A stretch of 64,000 nucleotides of DNA from Spizellomyces punctatus DAOM BR117. Lineage: Eukaryota. Position numbers and translations under genes: made by a program. Location of the stretch: assembly GCA_000182565.2 (NCBI GenBank), contig KQ257455.1. One strand, given 5' to 3'. The notes under the pieces are model-generated. The model worked only from the letters and a program-made list of their open reading frames with translations. It was not told the origin of the DNA and did no database searches. Shown here piece by piece: positions 39,964 through 52,300 of this stretch (positions within the stretch are counted from its first letter, which is position 1; each line of letters starts with the position of its first letter).

Positions 39964-41685
39964 CTACAAGGAGATTTCCAACCATTCCTGTAATTCTTCC
40001 AGCTCTTCAAGATCTCGGGTACCCAATATCAAATCTTCCTTCAACATGCCAAACGCTTCACGAATGCCGTCTTCACTATAGCGCGTACCTTTAAATGTAT
40101 GGATTAGGCAAACATGCTCTGCAACATAATATTCAGATATGTGCAAAGGCGCACCTTGAAGACACTCTGATAACCGTGACGCTACAGCAATATGGCGCTC
40201 CGACTTTAGGGAAACATTTGCTTCCGTTATCATGCCTCTGTGAACATTCATAAGGATATCCTACGGTGGAATCGTTGAAGGTTGTAGTGAAGGGGCTGGT
40301 ATTGAGTTAGAATTTGTGGAACATTTACCGCATCAGCCCAACGGAACGACCGCTCCAGTCGATGCGCAAAATCTGGTGTTTGGCCATAGATCCATTCCCA
40401 AGTCTTCGAACAAAAGCGCAGTTAGGACGAGTGGCAGTCGTGTTCAAAAATTAGTTTCTTACCCGAATCTCATCATAGTAATCTCTCACTTTCGGGTTGG
40501 CTTTCATATGGTCCACCGTAAGCTCAACCGGCTGTATGATGCGATCTCGTCAGATCGGTATACCACCATTGCCAAACTTGCAATAGATGAGTGACGGACA
40601 TTACCTCGCGCCATGGCACACCATGAGTTCGATAGAACTCTCCAGCCACCGCCTCGCAAAATGACAAATGATCGACGGTGAATGAATGCTCCCGTAAACG
40701 TGTCACATTTGATCGTACGCTTTCAACCCCTTTTCCGACAAGATTTTTCTGGGGATCTTGTAGTTCAGTACACAAAAGATTTTGTCACAAGAGTATCACT
40801 GAAACTTTACCGGTGGAGGCCGAAGGTACCGACCTAAAGCAGTAAGATCCGCGTCAATAAGCATCGTTCCATGGTGGTAAGCTCGCGCATTAACTAGTTT
40901 GTACGCGGAGCCAGAAACTTTTTTGTCGCCAATGACAAGATCGTGCCTCTCATTCACCGAGGCTGGGATGTCCAGTTGATGCAGTCCCCGGCAAACTAAT
41001 TGAGCATTCGTTCGACGATCGAACTCATCTCGCGGCATAAAGATCGTGTAGTTGCTGTTACCAATGTCCTAATCTCGCCGCCAAACTTGTAGTTTAGCGC
41101 AACGATTTGGATCAGCCTCTATCCCCTATCCTCATACATGGTACACAGCTCCACCACCACTCCGTCTTCGGACTAGTGGTACACCATCATCTTGCATTAG
41201 TTTCAAGTGGCATTCTTTCCAGGGATTCTGGTTGAATGGCCAATTAGTAACATCCACCGCTGACGCGGAGAAGCTCACGTACTTGGTTTCTCCCTATAAC
41301 AACACATGTCTGGTTTCGCCATAGGTAGAGGATATATCTTGCTGAGTTTGATTTTCGGAACAACCTTCAGACCACATAGGCTAAAAGAATGAGCTGCTGG
41401 CGACGCATTATGCAAAGAGAAAGGTCTCACCATTCTTCAAACGCTAAATTGATCCAAGGGTCCGTCTCTTTAGATATGTAGCATTCCACCTTTCCTTTCC
41501 AACGAAGGAACGCTCGGTGAGTTCTTGCTGTTAGTGTGGGAGACCAGACAAAGAGAGTTACCTGCTGATGGCAACGTTGCAACGGTCGAAAGATAGGACA
41601 CCGCGCATTTCTGTCGTAGAACCGTAAGAGCTGGATGCCTGTGTTGCTGTACAAGTTTACGACTAAAGCGGCTATACCAGTGCAT
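39964..41685 (-). CDS. AIM22: Lipoate-protein ligase A / lipoyltransferase, probably mitochondrial, multi-exon
   Basis: Arg-rich, presequence-like N-terminus; [37 protein letters not shown] and W(I)YGQTP. Confidence 0.88.
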
Positions 41686-41819
41686 GGCACGAGGATCTGC
41701 TTAAAATGTTCAGATGTTTGCAGAAGGTAATTTCCTCTCCGCCAGCCATGCCAACAGCATGAGTCATCCTGGGTAGTCATCACAGAGGCGATGGGGGTAA
41801 GCCATTATTTCCCATTACC

Positions 41820-42652
41820 ATGGACCAGCATCAAAGCGAGACGGACACTCTTCGTGCCATTCACTTGGACCAGATATTGCTTTTTGGAGACTCTTTGACA
41901 CAATGGAGCTTCAATCCTGAAATTGAAGGATGGGGTGCCTTCCTCTCTAACTCTTACGTGCGGAAGCTGGACGTCGTCAATAGGGGGTTTTCTGGTAAGT
42001 GGACACTATACAAAAGGGGACGATCGCATATCTCACCAATCAATTTCAAGGATACAATACTGAATGGTGCAAGCATATCATTGCACCTATTCTTCGCACC
42101 GTTCTTCCTTCTCCTGGAGCGCAGATACGTCTGGTAACCGTGTTCCTCGGAGCGAATGATGCCACTCTACCATTCTGGCCACAGCAACATGTTCCCCTTT
42201 CTGCATACAGAGACAATCTTCATTCCATAATTGCTTCCATTCGGAACTTTTCCTCCAATACGCGGATCCTGTTGATCACACCTCCACCTATACACGAAGG
42301 AAAATGGCAGAAGCATTGCGGACAGAAGGGCCGTAGCATTAATTTGAGCGTATCGAACACATTGCAGTATAGAAATGCTTGCATAGAAGTTGCACGCGAA
42401 GCCAAAGTTCCATTATTGGACACCTGGGAAGTCTATTTTGGTGAGGGAGCTACATATAATGAGGAAAAGGCGGATGCGGTGTTGTCGGATGGAGTTCATC
42501 TCGCAAATCTTGGGAACCGGCTACTTGGGCATGCAGTTTTAGCCAAGATTCTGACGGAATGGCCGGATCTAGCACCTGAGACTCTACCAACGGTGATGCC
42601 CTTATGGGATGTCTTGTATGGAAAAGTATTACCAGACGCTTTATTCCCCTAA
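41820..42652 (+). CDS. IAH1: GDSL/SGNH esterase, isoamyl acetate-hydrolysing esterase 1-like, 2 exons
   Basis: LLFGDSLTQ, DVVNRGFSG-YNT, FLGANDA and LSDGVHL. Confidence 0.9.
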
Positions 42653-42842
42653 AGAATGTTAGATCTCGTCTATTGAATACTGAGTGCCAGTGATCAAGCA
42701 CGTGGGAGGGGGGTCAATGACTCAGTCGCCACTTACGCGATGCGCTGCTGTGCTGTGGAGGGTTTCCGTTGCCCATTTCCTGGACTTTTCAACCACCCCA
42801 AGCCGCAGCACTTGCAGCAGGCACCTTTGACATTTAAGGATA

Positions 42843-45242
42843 ATGGCGGTAGTTCTCCTTACCACGCTTGCTTGGATATATTCGTTGGCCGCTGTCTTCC
42901 ATGCCCTTTTGGCCCCCATTCTGCTCAAACTGTGAGTTGCTTCAACATGGTCATGCCATTTCACAACCAATAGCGTGGATATCCCATACTTAATGTCTTT
43001 GCCCACAGCATTGCCTCACAGCAAGTCTTGCGTCTTATCATCCTAACATATATCTTTCAAGTCGTTCTATTTCCGGTGCTGATCTATGTATGGTACACCA
43101 ACGAAAGTGAAGGAAGTGAACCGAAGAGAAGGAAGTCTGTTGCACCGTTGCGCAACGGAACCGACGCTGATGAGGCTACAGCTCTTCTTTCCGATGCACA
43201 CGCTTCTTCACGCGAGTCCACTTTGCGGAATAGGAGGAATTCGGGGGGCAGGTCCGAAAGTCCGTCTCCTTCCTCGGAGACGAGCGAAGGTACAGATGTG
43301 ATAGGTGCGTTGTTTTAAGGTCGATGCAGGGATCTGACGCAATTCTGATGGTGCTCCTGGTCAAGGCTTGAAGCACTTTCTTCTAAAGCGGAAGCTACGG
43401 ACAGCATTGATGGTGTTGGCGATCGTCACAAACACAGTCTTATTCGGCCTGTGTTTGGACTTCACATTCAGCGACTATTTATTCCAAAAGAACTATGATT
43501 TACTCGTCTCAAGAGTTGGAGGAATCGGCCCAGACTTTGCAAAAATCTTTGTGAGGTCCCCGACCGAGCACCAAATTCAACTGGAATACCAGCGGGTAGA
43601 GGGAGACACTGGATGGCAATCTTGCGAGTCGAGTGTTGCTGTTAGCCCGAGCTCTGATTATACTGCTTCAGTCAAGTGCACGGGACTGTCTCCCGAAACT
43701 CAATACCGGTATCGGTGGCGGTCGGTGGCAACAGGGAGGTCCCTATTTCCTGAGTCCGACGAGCGAGATATGTACTTTAAGACGGCTCCGCCGGATCGCG
43801 CTCCAGCCAAGTTTTCGTTTGCTTATACGTCATGTGTGAAGCCCGGGTTTCCCTACGGGACCAAGGTGCGACCAACCAGGCCATTGAGTTAGCTCCGCGA
43901 AACTTATGCGGCCTTTCCTATAGGGGCTACGAGGCTTCCATGAAATGGGGCGTCAGGACCTATCCTTCGTCATGTTCTTGGGAGATTTAATCTATGCTGG
44001 TGAGATCAATGCTGGTCTTGCCCAGATTCCCGCTTGGTTAGCTGATACGCAACTTCTTTTGTAGACGCGCCATATCTATATGGAACGGACGTGGACACCT
44101 ACCGCTGGCATTATCGTTATCTCTATTCTAAACCTGATTTCCGGAAGACTTTCAGCAGGTGCGCATATTCATGTCATCGGGCTCGTTAGGCAGTGGCTAA
44201 TGCCACATTGGCATCAGATTGCCGTTCATGACAATCTACGATGACCACGAGGTGTTGAACAACTGGGAATGGGATAGCCAGCAGCCCTATCCTGCGGCAT
44301 TCCAAGCCTTCAATGAATATGCTGGGCTGTCCAACCCCCATGAGGACGCCAATGTCAGTGCTGTCTTTGAATATGAGTTTGGAGATACAGCTTTCTTTGT
44401 TATGGATGCGCGAGGATATAGAAATCGCGAAGAGGAAACAATGCTCGGGGAGAAACAAAAGACAAGGTTGAAAGATTGGTTACTTGCAGGTATAGTGGCT
44501 GCGAGCTCTGATAGAAACTCCCGATACTCTCGCTGACATATCTGCAACACAGTTAATTCTACACATACTGTTAAATTTCTAGTCAGTTCGGTTCCGTTTA
44601 CCCAAAATTGGCAGTGGGAGCATACCGATACCTGGGCAGGATTCTTGAAAGTAGGAATTACATTTGAAAACGTTCTACAACTCGCGGATTAATGAAGTTT
44701 CCCTTTAAAGGAGCGGCAGGAGATTTTAGATTTTATATCGAGGAACCGGATCCAGAATGTGCTGGCGATCAGCGGCGACCGACATGAAGTCGCTATCACG
44801 CGGTTGCCAGGCAATGTCATTGAGTTCAGTACAAGGTATTTGTTTCTGCAGCGGTTTTTCGAATACAACAATTTGCATGACCCACTCTCGAATCGGATTA
44901 GCCCGCTACAGGCTTTCTATAGGTAGGCATTCGTGTCGTCAATCAAGCTCGCATCCTACATGCTTATACATGTCACATTGTAGTCCCATCGATACATATA
45001 TAGAAACAGGTCAGGACGAGAAAATCTTTGCTTGGCGCCCTGGAAACATCAAATGGGCCATGTTTACAATTGACACCACCCAAAGTACCCCGACTGCCAC
45101 CTATGCCCTCTTCGTAAATGACTATCAAGGTGCGCATTTTCGATTCTGGTAAAAGGCTTAGCGGTTGACACTATGCATTTGTCTTGGTGCACATCCAGAT
45201 ACACCCGTGTACGAAAAGACATTCCCGTTGTCCCGTTCTTGA
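42843..45242 (+). CDS. Membrane-anchored PhoD-family alkaline phosphatase/phosphodiesterase, multi-exon
   Basis: N-terminal TM helices; FN3-like GLSPETQYRYR; FAYTSC, FLGDLIYAD, IYDDHEVLNNW, DARGYR and ISGDRHE. Confidence 0.88.
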
Positions 45243-45506
45243 GAAACCTAGCCGTAGAATGTTGATTTGGTCACTTACGCAACTATGGGCAAGCTATCAA
45301 CTTCATAAAAAAAAACAACAATTCACATTCGTAAGGCTACATAGATAGATGTCTTTTTTATATTCTTTATCAACGACAGTAGCGTAAACCCACGTAGAAC
45401 ATCCGGCTTTTAAGATATAAACATGATGAGGAATAAAAAGTCCACTCTAAACTCTTTTTGGGAACGCGGGGCTCGCCCACGCAGTTCTTGTGTTTCTATA
45501 TTCAGA

Positions 45507-47169
45507 TCATTTCCTTCTCTGTGCAACAAGTTCATCCAGTTCTTCCTCCAAAGCTTTGACATATTTATGCTGCGTTTCCAAGTCCTTGTTTAGGCGGTCA
45601 CGTTCGGCAATCAACTGTTTAAGAAGAACACGGTTATCGGCAATTTCCATCAAAATTGCAGAAAACTTGCAAGCACTTACCCGCTGCTCCCACTGCCTGA
45701 ATCTGTTCTCCTCCATGCGGACCTGCTCGGTGAAACGTTTTCGCAAAGCCTCCTCTTCCTCTTTCATCTTCGTCTCCAACCCTTTCCGTGCCCTCATGGC
45801 TGGGTCATCATCCGATCGCCCTTCAGCTGTCAATTTGGTTATACGGAAGTTCTCGTAGTGATTTTCCTCGGTGCTGGCGATCAGATCGTGCATATGGGTG
45901 CTGCGAATAGTCTTGTAATGAGTATCAAATTCAAGACAGCTTCATACGTACTCATACCTACCGGATAAGGAGATTACGGAGCTTTTTGAAATCGCAGTGG
46001 CTTTCATTTTCAACTTAGAGCGCATACCATTAGGAAGGACGGCAGATATGCTGATAAAAGTATTTCTTGACCCATACCTTCCGCAACGCCCCATAGATAT
46101 TGACGACCCCGGACCTTTTCCCCATTAACGACCACATCTTGCTCACTTGCAATAACGGAGAACGGCATGGCGGACTAAATCTCACACATCAGTAACGGCA
46201 CCACGTAGTATGCCCCTCATCGCCGTTAAAACGCACCAGTATACTCTGGTTCCTTCGTGTATTCTCTTCATCGTCGCTCTGCACAGACGGGCTGTACACG
46301 GTAATGTTGTGGGTAGACAGACAGTCCCGAACCTTCAATTACTTCACAATTAGATGCAATACAAAGCATGGCACAGGTTAATAGCATGCATACCCGATCC
46401 TTGAAAATCGCCAAGTCTCCAGGGGTCAAAGTGTCGGCTTTTGCAACAATAGGGATGAGATTTACCCGTGAGCCCAACTGTTTCATGACTTCGATATCCA
46501 AGGGCTTCAGACTGCCAGGAAAGTCATGAGAATCATCAGAGACTTGTCAACACTAATCCGTATCATCTCTCACTTACGTATGACCAGTTGGTTGAATAAA
46601 ATACAAGCAAACGTGCACTCGAAGATCGTCCTTCTCCTGCCTCTGCGCACGCGACTCGTGCATCATGAAGTTATGGTGTTGCTCATCAATGAATTCGACC
46701 ACAGGAACCCAACAATCCTGATTATTCACGTAGTCTCCAAAACCGGGAGTGTCGATGACCGTCAAACGTACGTTGAAGCCCTTCTCCTCGATCTCTGAGA
46801 ACCATCAAGGTATTAGAAAAATGGACAAAGAGCTCCAAATCATCCTGTTTACTCGCGTAACCAACCAGCACGAACGACGTCAATCTGTACGGTGCGTTCC
46901 AGCTGCTTTTGGAAGCGATGTTCAGGCTTTTTGTACTCTCGAAGAAGGGTTGTGAAAAGGGTGTTGATGAACGTTGTTTTTCCCAAGCCGGATTCACCTT
47001 AACCACGGTTGCATAAATCGCGCTGATATAGTTATAGCACATAGTTTCGCCATTTCCAAGACATACCGACGACCATAACAGTCAAATTAGCGCCTTTCCG
47101 CGACACGATCCGATGCCGCTGATTAGGCAAGTTCGCGATGCCGATATGGGAAGATGCTGGCGCTGGCAT
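45507..47169 (-). CDS. CDC12: Septin, Cdc12/AspC type, multi-exon
   Basis: [38 protein letters not shown] and GRQYLWG; C-terminal [20 protein letters not shown]. Confidence 0.9.
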
Positions 47170-47482
47170 GTTTGCAACACTGGTAGAAAGGAAGAAGGAT
47201 CTGCAAGACAGCGACACCCGTCGATGGCCAAAGGATGTGTCAAGTTTGGAGCGGGCTTTCGCGGCCTCGTGAAACCTGTTGGGAAGCCGCTTCCTGCGCG
47301 CCGTTGGTGTGGAACTGGGATCCAACCACACTTTGCATTGGAACCTAGCACGTGATACCTCTTTTTTCTAATGTTTTAATTTTCTGCCCAGCGCTGAGCC
47401 CCTTCGTCCTTCTTCCTTCCTACGCTTCTCTACGGCCAACTCGCTTGGATCTCGAGATCTCCCGTCGCTTCTCTTTAAACAA

Positions 47483-48142
47483 ATGGCTGTCACCGTAAGT
47501 GTTTCTGCAGTCCTTTCAATTGGTCCCGGTGTGCTGTCACTTCTGCTGTGATGGGGTTGCTGCAGTTTCTGCCTTTTGCAAGGAGCAACACGCTGCAAGC
47601 GACAGAGTAGCCACACTCCCCACACGTTACTGTGCGGCTGGAGCCCGGGTTTGCTCGACTGCTTGATATTAAAGTGAGTCTGGTTCTTGTTGTGGGTGAT
47701 TAGAAGAAGGATAACAAGGCCAAGAAGGCCCCAGTCAAGTACACCATTGACTGTTCCAGCCCGGCCAATGACGGTATCTTCGACACTGCTTCCTTCGTAA
47801 GTGTATTTGTTGAGTCGGTTGATGTCTCAGACAAATGCTTATTTTGCCATGCGATCATTATAGGAGAAATTCCTTCACGACCGTGTGAAGGTCAACGGCC
47901 GCACTGGCAACCTTGGTGACTCCATCACCATTACCCGTGGCGGCTCAGGCACTATCACCGTCACTGCCTCCCCCAGCATCCAGTTCTCCAAGCGCTACAT
48001 CAAGTACCTTACCAAGAAGTTCTTGAAGAAGCACCAACTCAGGGACTGGGTGCGTGTCATCAGTGTTGCGCGCACTGCGTACGAACTCCGCTACTTCAAC
48101 ATTGCGGAGGCGGATAACAACGAGGACGCAGACGAAGAATAA
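47483..48142 (+). CDS. RPL22: 60S ribosomal protein eL22, 3 exons
   Basis: [12 protein letters not shown]...[34 protein letters not shown]...[22 protein letters not shown]...YELRYFNI. Confidence 0.97.
47553..47672 (+). ncRNA. Candidate intronic structured RNA (H/ACA-snoRNA-like) in RPL22 intron 1
   Basis: Hairpin 47556-47603 with an internal loop, ANANNA hinge AGAGTA at 47604-47609, a second weaker hairpin, and ATA rather than ACA near the 3' end. Confidence 0.35.
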
Positions 48143-48515
48143 GCTAGATATAGCTTCCTTAATCAATGTGCACTTTCTGACTCAATATAAATATTGAACA
48201 GTCTGCCATATTTGTACTCCTTAACTAGCGTGGAATCACCGCAATCAGGTCCCAGCATTCATTGGAATTGGTTGTATAGTTATCCAATCACAGGTCCTTC
48301 TGGAAATGGACAGTTGCAAGATAACCAATTTTGAAACTCGTCAAGTGGATGATTGTTAAAGGCACTATGCACTATGTCATGCAAGCACCCGAACTCTGTT
48401 TCGGCTGGACATCCACGTGGCTAAGCCCCGCGCATTACGATAGCGCGTTAATACAGGCCCAGCCAAACAAACCTTTTCACTCAGACAAACCTTTCATTCC
48501 GAGATCTTTTCAGAA

Positions 48516-49269
48516 ATGCTCAGAACGGTAAGACCTTAACAGTTCAGAATAATTTTGTTTACTGATGCACTGCATGCAGCCTTGGGGACAAGACGAGTTC
48601 GAATATCCCAACCAGGGAAAAGATGAACGGCACACGCCTGTAGACTCACCAAGCGGCAACAAGACAACAGGCGGGCGTTCTCAAATCGTTTTTGGCACCT
48701 ACCATGAGCCTATCATGTCTTCTTACAACTCTATGACAAATACATCTCACATTGGTGATGGCTATGCAATCAGCAACCAAGCGGATTACCTTGACCGTGC
48801 GGCAAGTCACCGCAAGCGAAGTCTCCGTGATTCCTACACCGATGTATTTAATGTGCAGGCTGAAGAACCTTCCACCTCGAAGCAGGCTGGCTCACGCTAC
48901 CGAACGGATAAAAACCAGTCGAACGTCTTTGGATCCTCACCTCCAATCAGTGCGCCAGTGTCTCGCCACTATCGTCTTGCCAGCGACATTTTTAATCTGA
49001 GCGGCCCCGGCCAGCCTCCCTTCGGTGCTGAGAGCAATGTGGATAGGTTGGACGAGACAAGGGCCCTAGGGAGATCTGGCTCTGGCCAGGGTCGTGCCTC
49101 TATGATGAGCCATGAAGAATATACCCCGTCCCACCCTTCCGCCATTAAACGTAATCCGTCGAATAGCGTCCTTGCCCCAAGTTCAGAGAACTACGGGCCA
49201 GATGCTCTGTCGAAAGGACGTCGGCATTATCCCCAACAGCACCACACCTCCAACATTTTCCATTCTTGA
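48516..49269 (+). CDS. Disordered protein with repeated S-x-[IV]-F motifs (Jupiter/HN1/SPIRAL1-like), 2 exons
   Basis: MLRT|intron|PWGQD...; motifs GGRSQIVFG, TDVFN, SNVFG, SDIFN and SNIFH. Confidence 0.55.
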
Positions 49270-49327
49270 AAGTTTTAGTGTATTGTTGCGAGTCATAAAA
49301 ATAAACTGTAATAGGATTCTCAAATAA

Positions 49328-52300
49328 CTATCCGAAGTTTGCAAAACTTTTCAACGCGATCTTGGGTGTAGCGTTCCTGTCGCCCTCTGTTACCCCGCTA
49401 TCGAGTCCGGATACGCTGTCCCTCTCCCTTCCTACATTTTGTTGTTGTAGTGTAACAACGCTCTGTAATCCCCTCTGCAAAATATCCCTTTGGCTTTCTT
49501 TAAGCCCTGCAATTGCCACTTTGAATTGTTGAGGGTGTTGCGCTGCAACTTGTAGCAGTGTTTGACAGGCGAAGATATGAAGTTGACGAGCACTGGATGA
49601 TGTGAAGGATGGCACCTGACCATCAGGAAAATCCGAAATGAAATGGATAAAGACGGGAACAACAATAGATAACAGGGCTAGCTCTTCAGATGCAAGAAAA
49701 GACATTGTTAAGTTAATCCCAAAACCCAAATTTCTTGTGGAAAAAGCTTACTTTTCTTTTGCAGTTCAGCCATTCCATAAAACAGCAGTAGCATTTTCAA
49801 TCCCTCTTCAATGATGGGAACCTTTGTCGATGGTGCACTCGATCCAGCGAGTTCTTCAGCACAATCCAGCAGCCATGCTGTCACCAGTGGCAACAAGAGT
49901 CGCACATACATGACCCCCAACCACGCTGGCATCAAAGTAGACTTCGCAGTCGCGACAAGCAGAGTCCGTATGCATTGTAAGGATATCAACGGCAGCTGTA
50001 AAGTCAAAATGATAGTTGTTGAACATCGGCTAGTAACCCAGAATTCACACGTGGTTTCGCCTTACCTGCTCACTGAAATGCCTCAACGATCTCCCCAGGC
50101 ACTTTACAAGGCGCTCCTGGTTGCCCGGATGATGGCTCAACATTGGACTGGACGTAATGATCACGACCGAGGCAAGCAAGCCGTTCTTGATCATGACAGA
50201 ATTAACCTCATCAGATTCCTGCGAGGATGAATCCGCTGTTGTAGTCCAGCTATCGGGAATACACGGTTAGCAATCATGGATAGATGTACTGACGATAAAG
50301 AAGCACTAACATCTCGTAGTCGAATATGTCCAGTAACGTCGACACGGCAGATTGCAGCGTTTGAGCGATAATCCGACGTGCATCCTCATTGCCCGGTTGT
50401 GCATTGTCCAGGGCATCGACACATGTTTTGACATACAGCAAGACTCTGGGTGCCAGGTCTTCCTGGAACTTGTCGTTGCTCAATATAGCTATAAAACTTA
50501 TGGTTAAGCAATCTTCTTTCGGGTGAGAATGATCCATTGCGTACCCAGATATAAAAAGAACGCAATCGGAACCAGTTCGGCACTGAATTGTTCCCGAACG
50601 CCTACTGACGTCGTCAGCACAGTCAGAGTATCCAATGCACAGGACAGAAGCGCGACTGTGTCAGGGGTAAGATTTCTGTTTGCAGTGACTGAGCACATTT
50701 CAAAGACAATTAGGGTCGAAGAGTTATTCGAATTTCGATCAATAGCTCTTACCGGTCGAGGTAGGGTTGTTGGAAAGAGTGGGCACGTGGTACGCAAATA
50801 CATCAAACAGCAGCTTGACGACCTTGTACACTTTCGCGTTCAACCCTTTCACTGAAGCGATGCTGAGATTCTCAGTCAAGGGACTTCCAGCGGTATCTAA
50901 TGAGCTTTAACAAGGACGAGATAAGCGCACGAACACCAAGAAAAACTAGCAGGAGAGGTAAATCACTGGTTGCATACCTTGATAACGAACCCTCATGGGA
51001 GCTCAGCCCCGCGTCATTTGTTACAAGATAGTCGCCAAATTCCAAGACTATTTGCCTAGCAATCTGGACTACATGTATTTGGACAGGAACATCTTCCGTT
51101 TGCACAAGCTTATCAAAAAGGTTCATCACTTCCAAAAACATCGGCTAATGTAAAGACAATCAAAGATTTAGTTGAATTTCTCAATTTCGTGTTCGCATGA
51201 GTGCTCGCAATTGGCTATTGACCCATTCCTTACCGGATCCAGGAACTCATGCCCCACTACCACTGGGGTCAAAAGCCTCTTCAGACTTTCCAGACACACT
51301 TTTGACATGATTGTTTCTTCTCGTTCACTCTTCTGGGCAGCAGTATTTGATATGTTTCCGCCAGCTGTCAATCCCGGAATTCCACCTAGCTTGACTGTAC
51401 CGCCCGCGCCGAGGCCCGTGGTTGAAAGTGCCTCGACGCAGAGTCCAAAAAGGACGTAGAAAGTCTTTGGTAATCGTACATCTTCCTCTGGTACTGTCCC
51501 ATGTAGCTGCTTTACAAAGAGATCGGGTTGCGTATCCACTAAACTTGTCAACGCTTGCATAATGAAGAGCCAAGACTTTCGGTAAAACTAAGGTAAAACC
51601 AAGCGCATATTAGCCGGACTGTCGGACGAACATAACCATGTCTATAAAGCCAACGTACAGGTAAAACAACATGTCGCGTTGCCTCCAGATAACTGTCCAT
51701 GCTAGATCGAGCGCTTGGGTCACCAGCAGCATTAGACAAAACATCGGGATCCAGCTTCACTTTAGCATAATCTTGCAGAGTTGACATCCAAAGGTCTGCC
51801 AAAGTGGGAAGGTTGGGCTTCGTGACTTCCTCCAAATACCGATGTGTAAAGCTGGCAATATGGAGGTTAGCCCACGCTGTGACAATGGAAATTCGTAATA
51901 GGACGTCTGCATGTGGAGTTGTTTGACCGGCTGATGTATTGGCATTGTCTGCGTAGACCAAAATCTTAGTTAAAATCTGAGTTCATAGCAAGCGCGAGAA
52001 CCCAGTACCTTTGAAACGCTCCATCACGGCAGTTAGAAGTCGCAATACTCGAGAGAGCGTCCCAAGGTCCCGATTGATCCCACTACCAATGTAGACAGCT
52101 GAGACGTGACAAGCCAAACTGAGCACATCCGGGGCGGAGTCATTCGCAAACGCTGGAGTAAGAGCCGCGCCAATTTGCGCCTGAGATGTGACACAATGGT
52201 CAGAAATTAGGGTACGAAGCAGGCGACGCTATTTGATCAAGTGAACCTGGTACTGCTCCAATAAAGCATGGTCCTCGTAATCGGGGTCTAGCGCGGCGGC

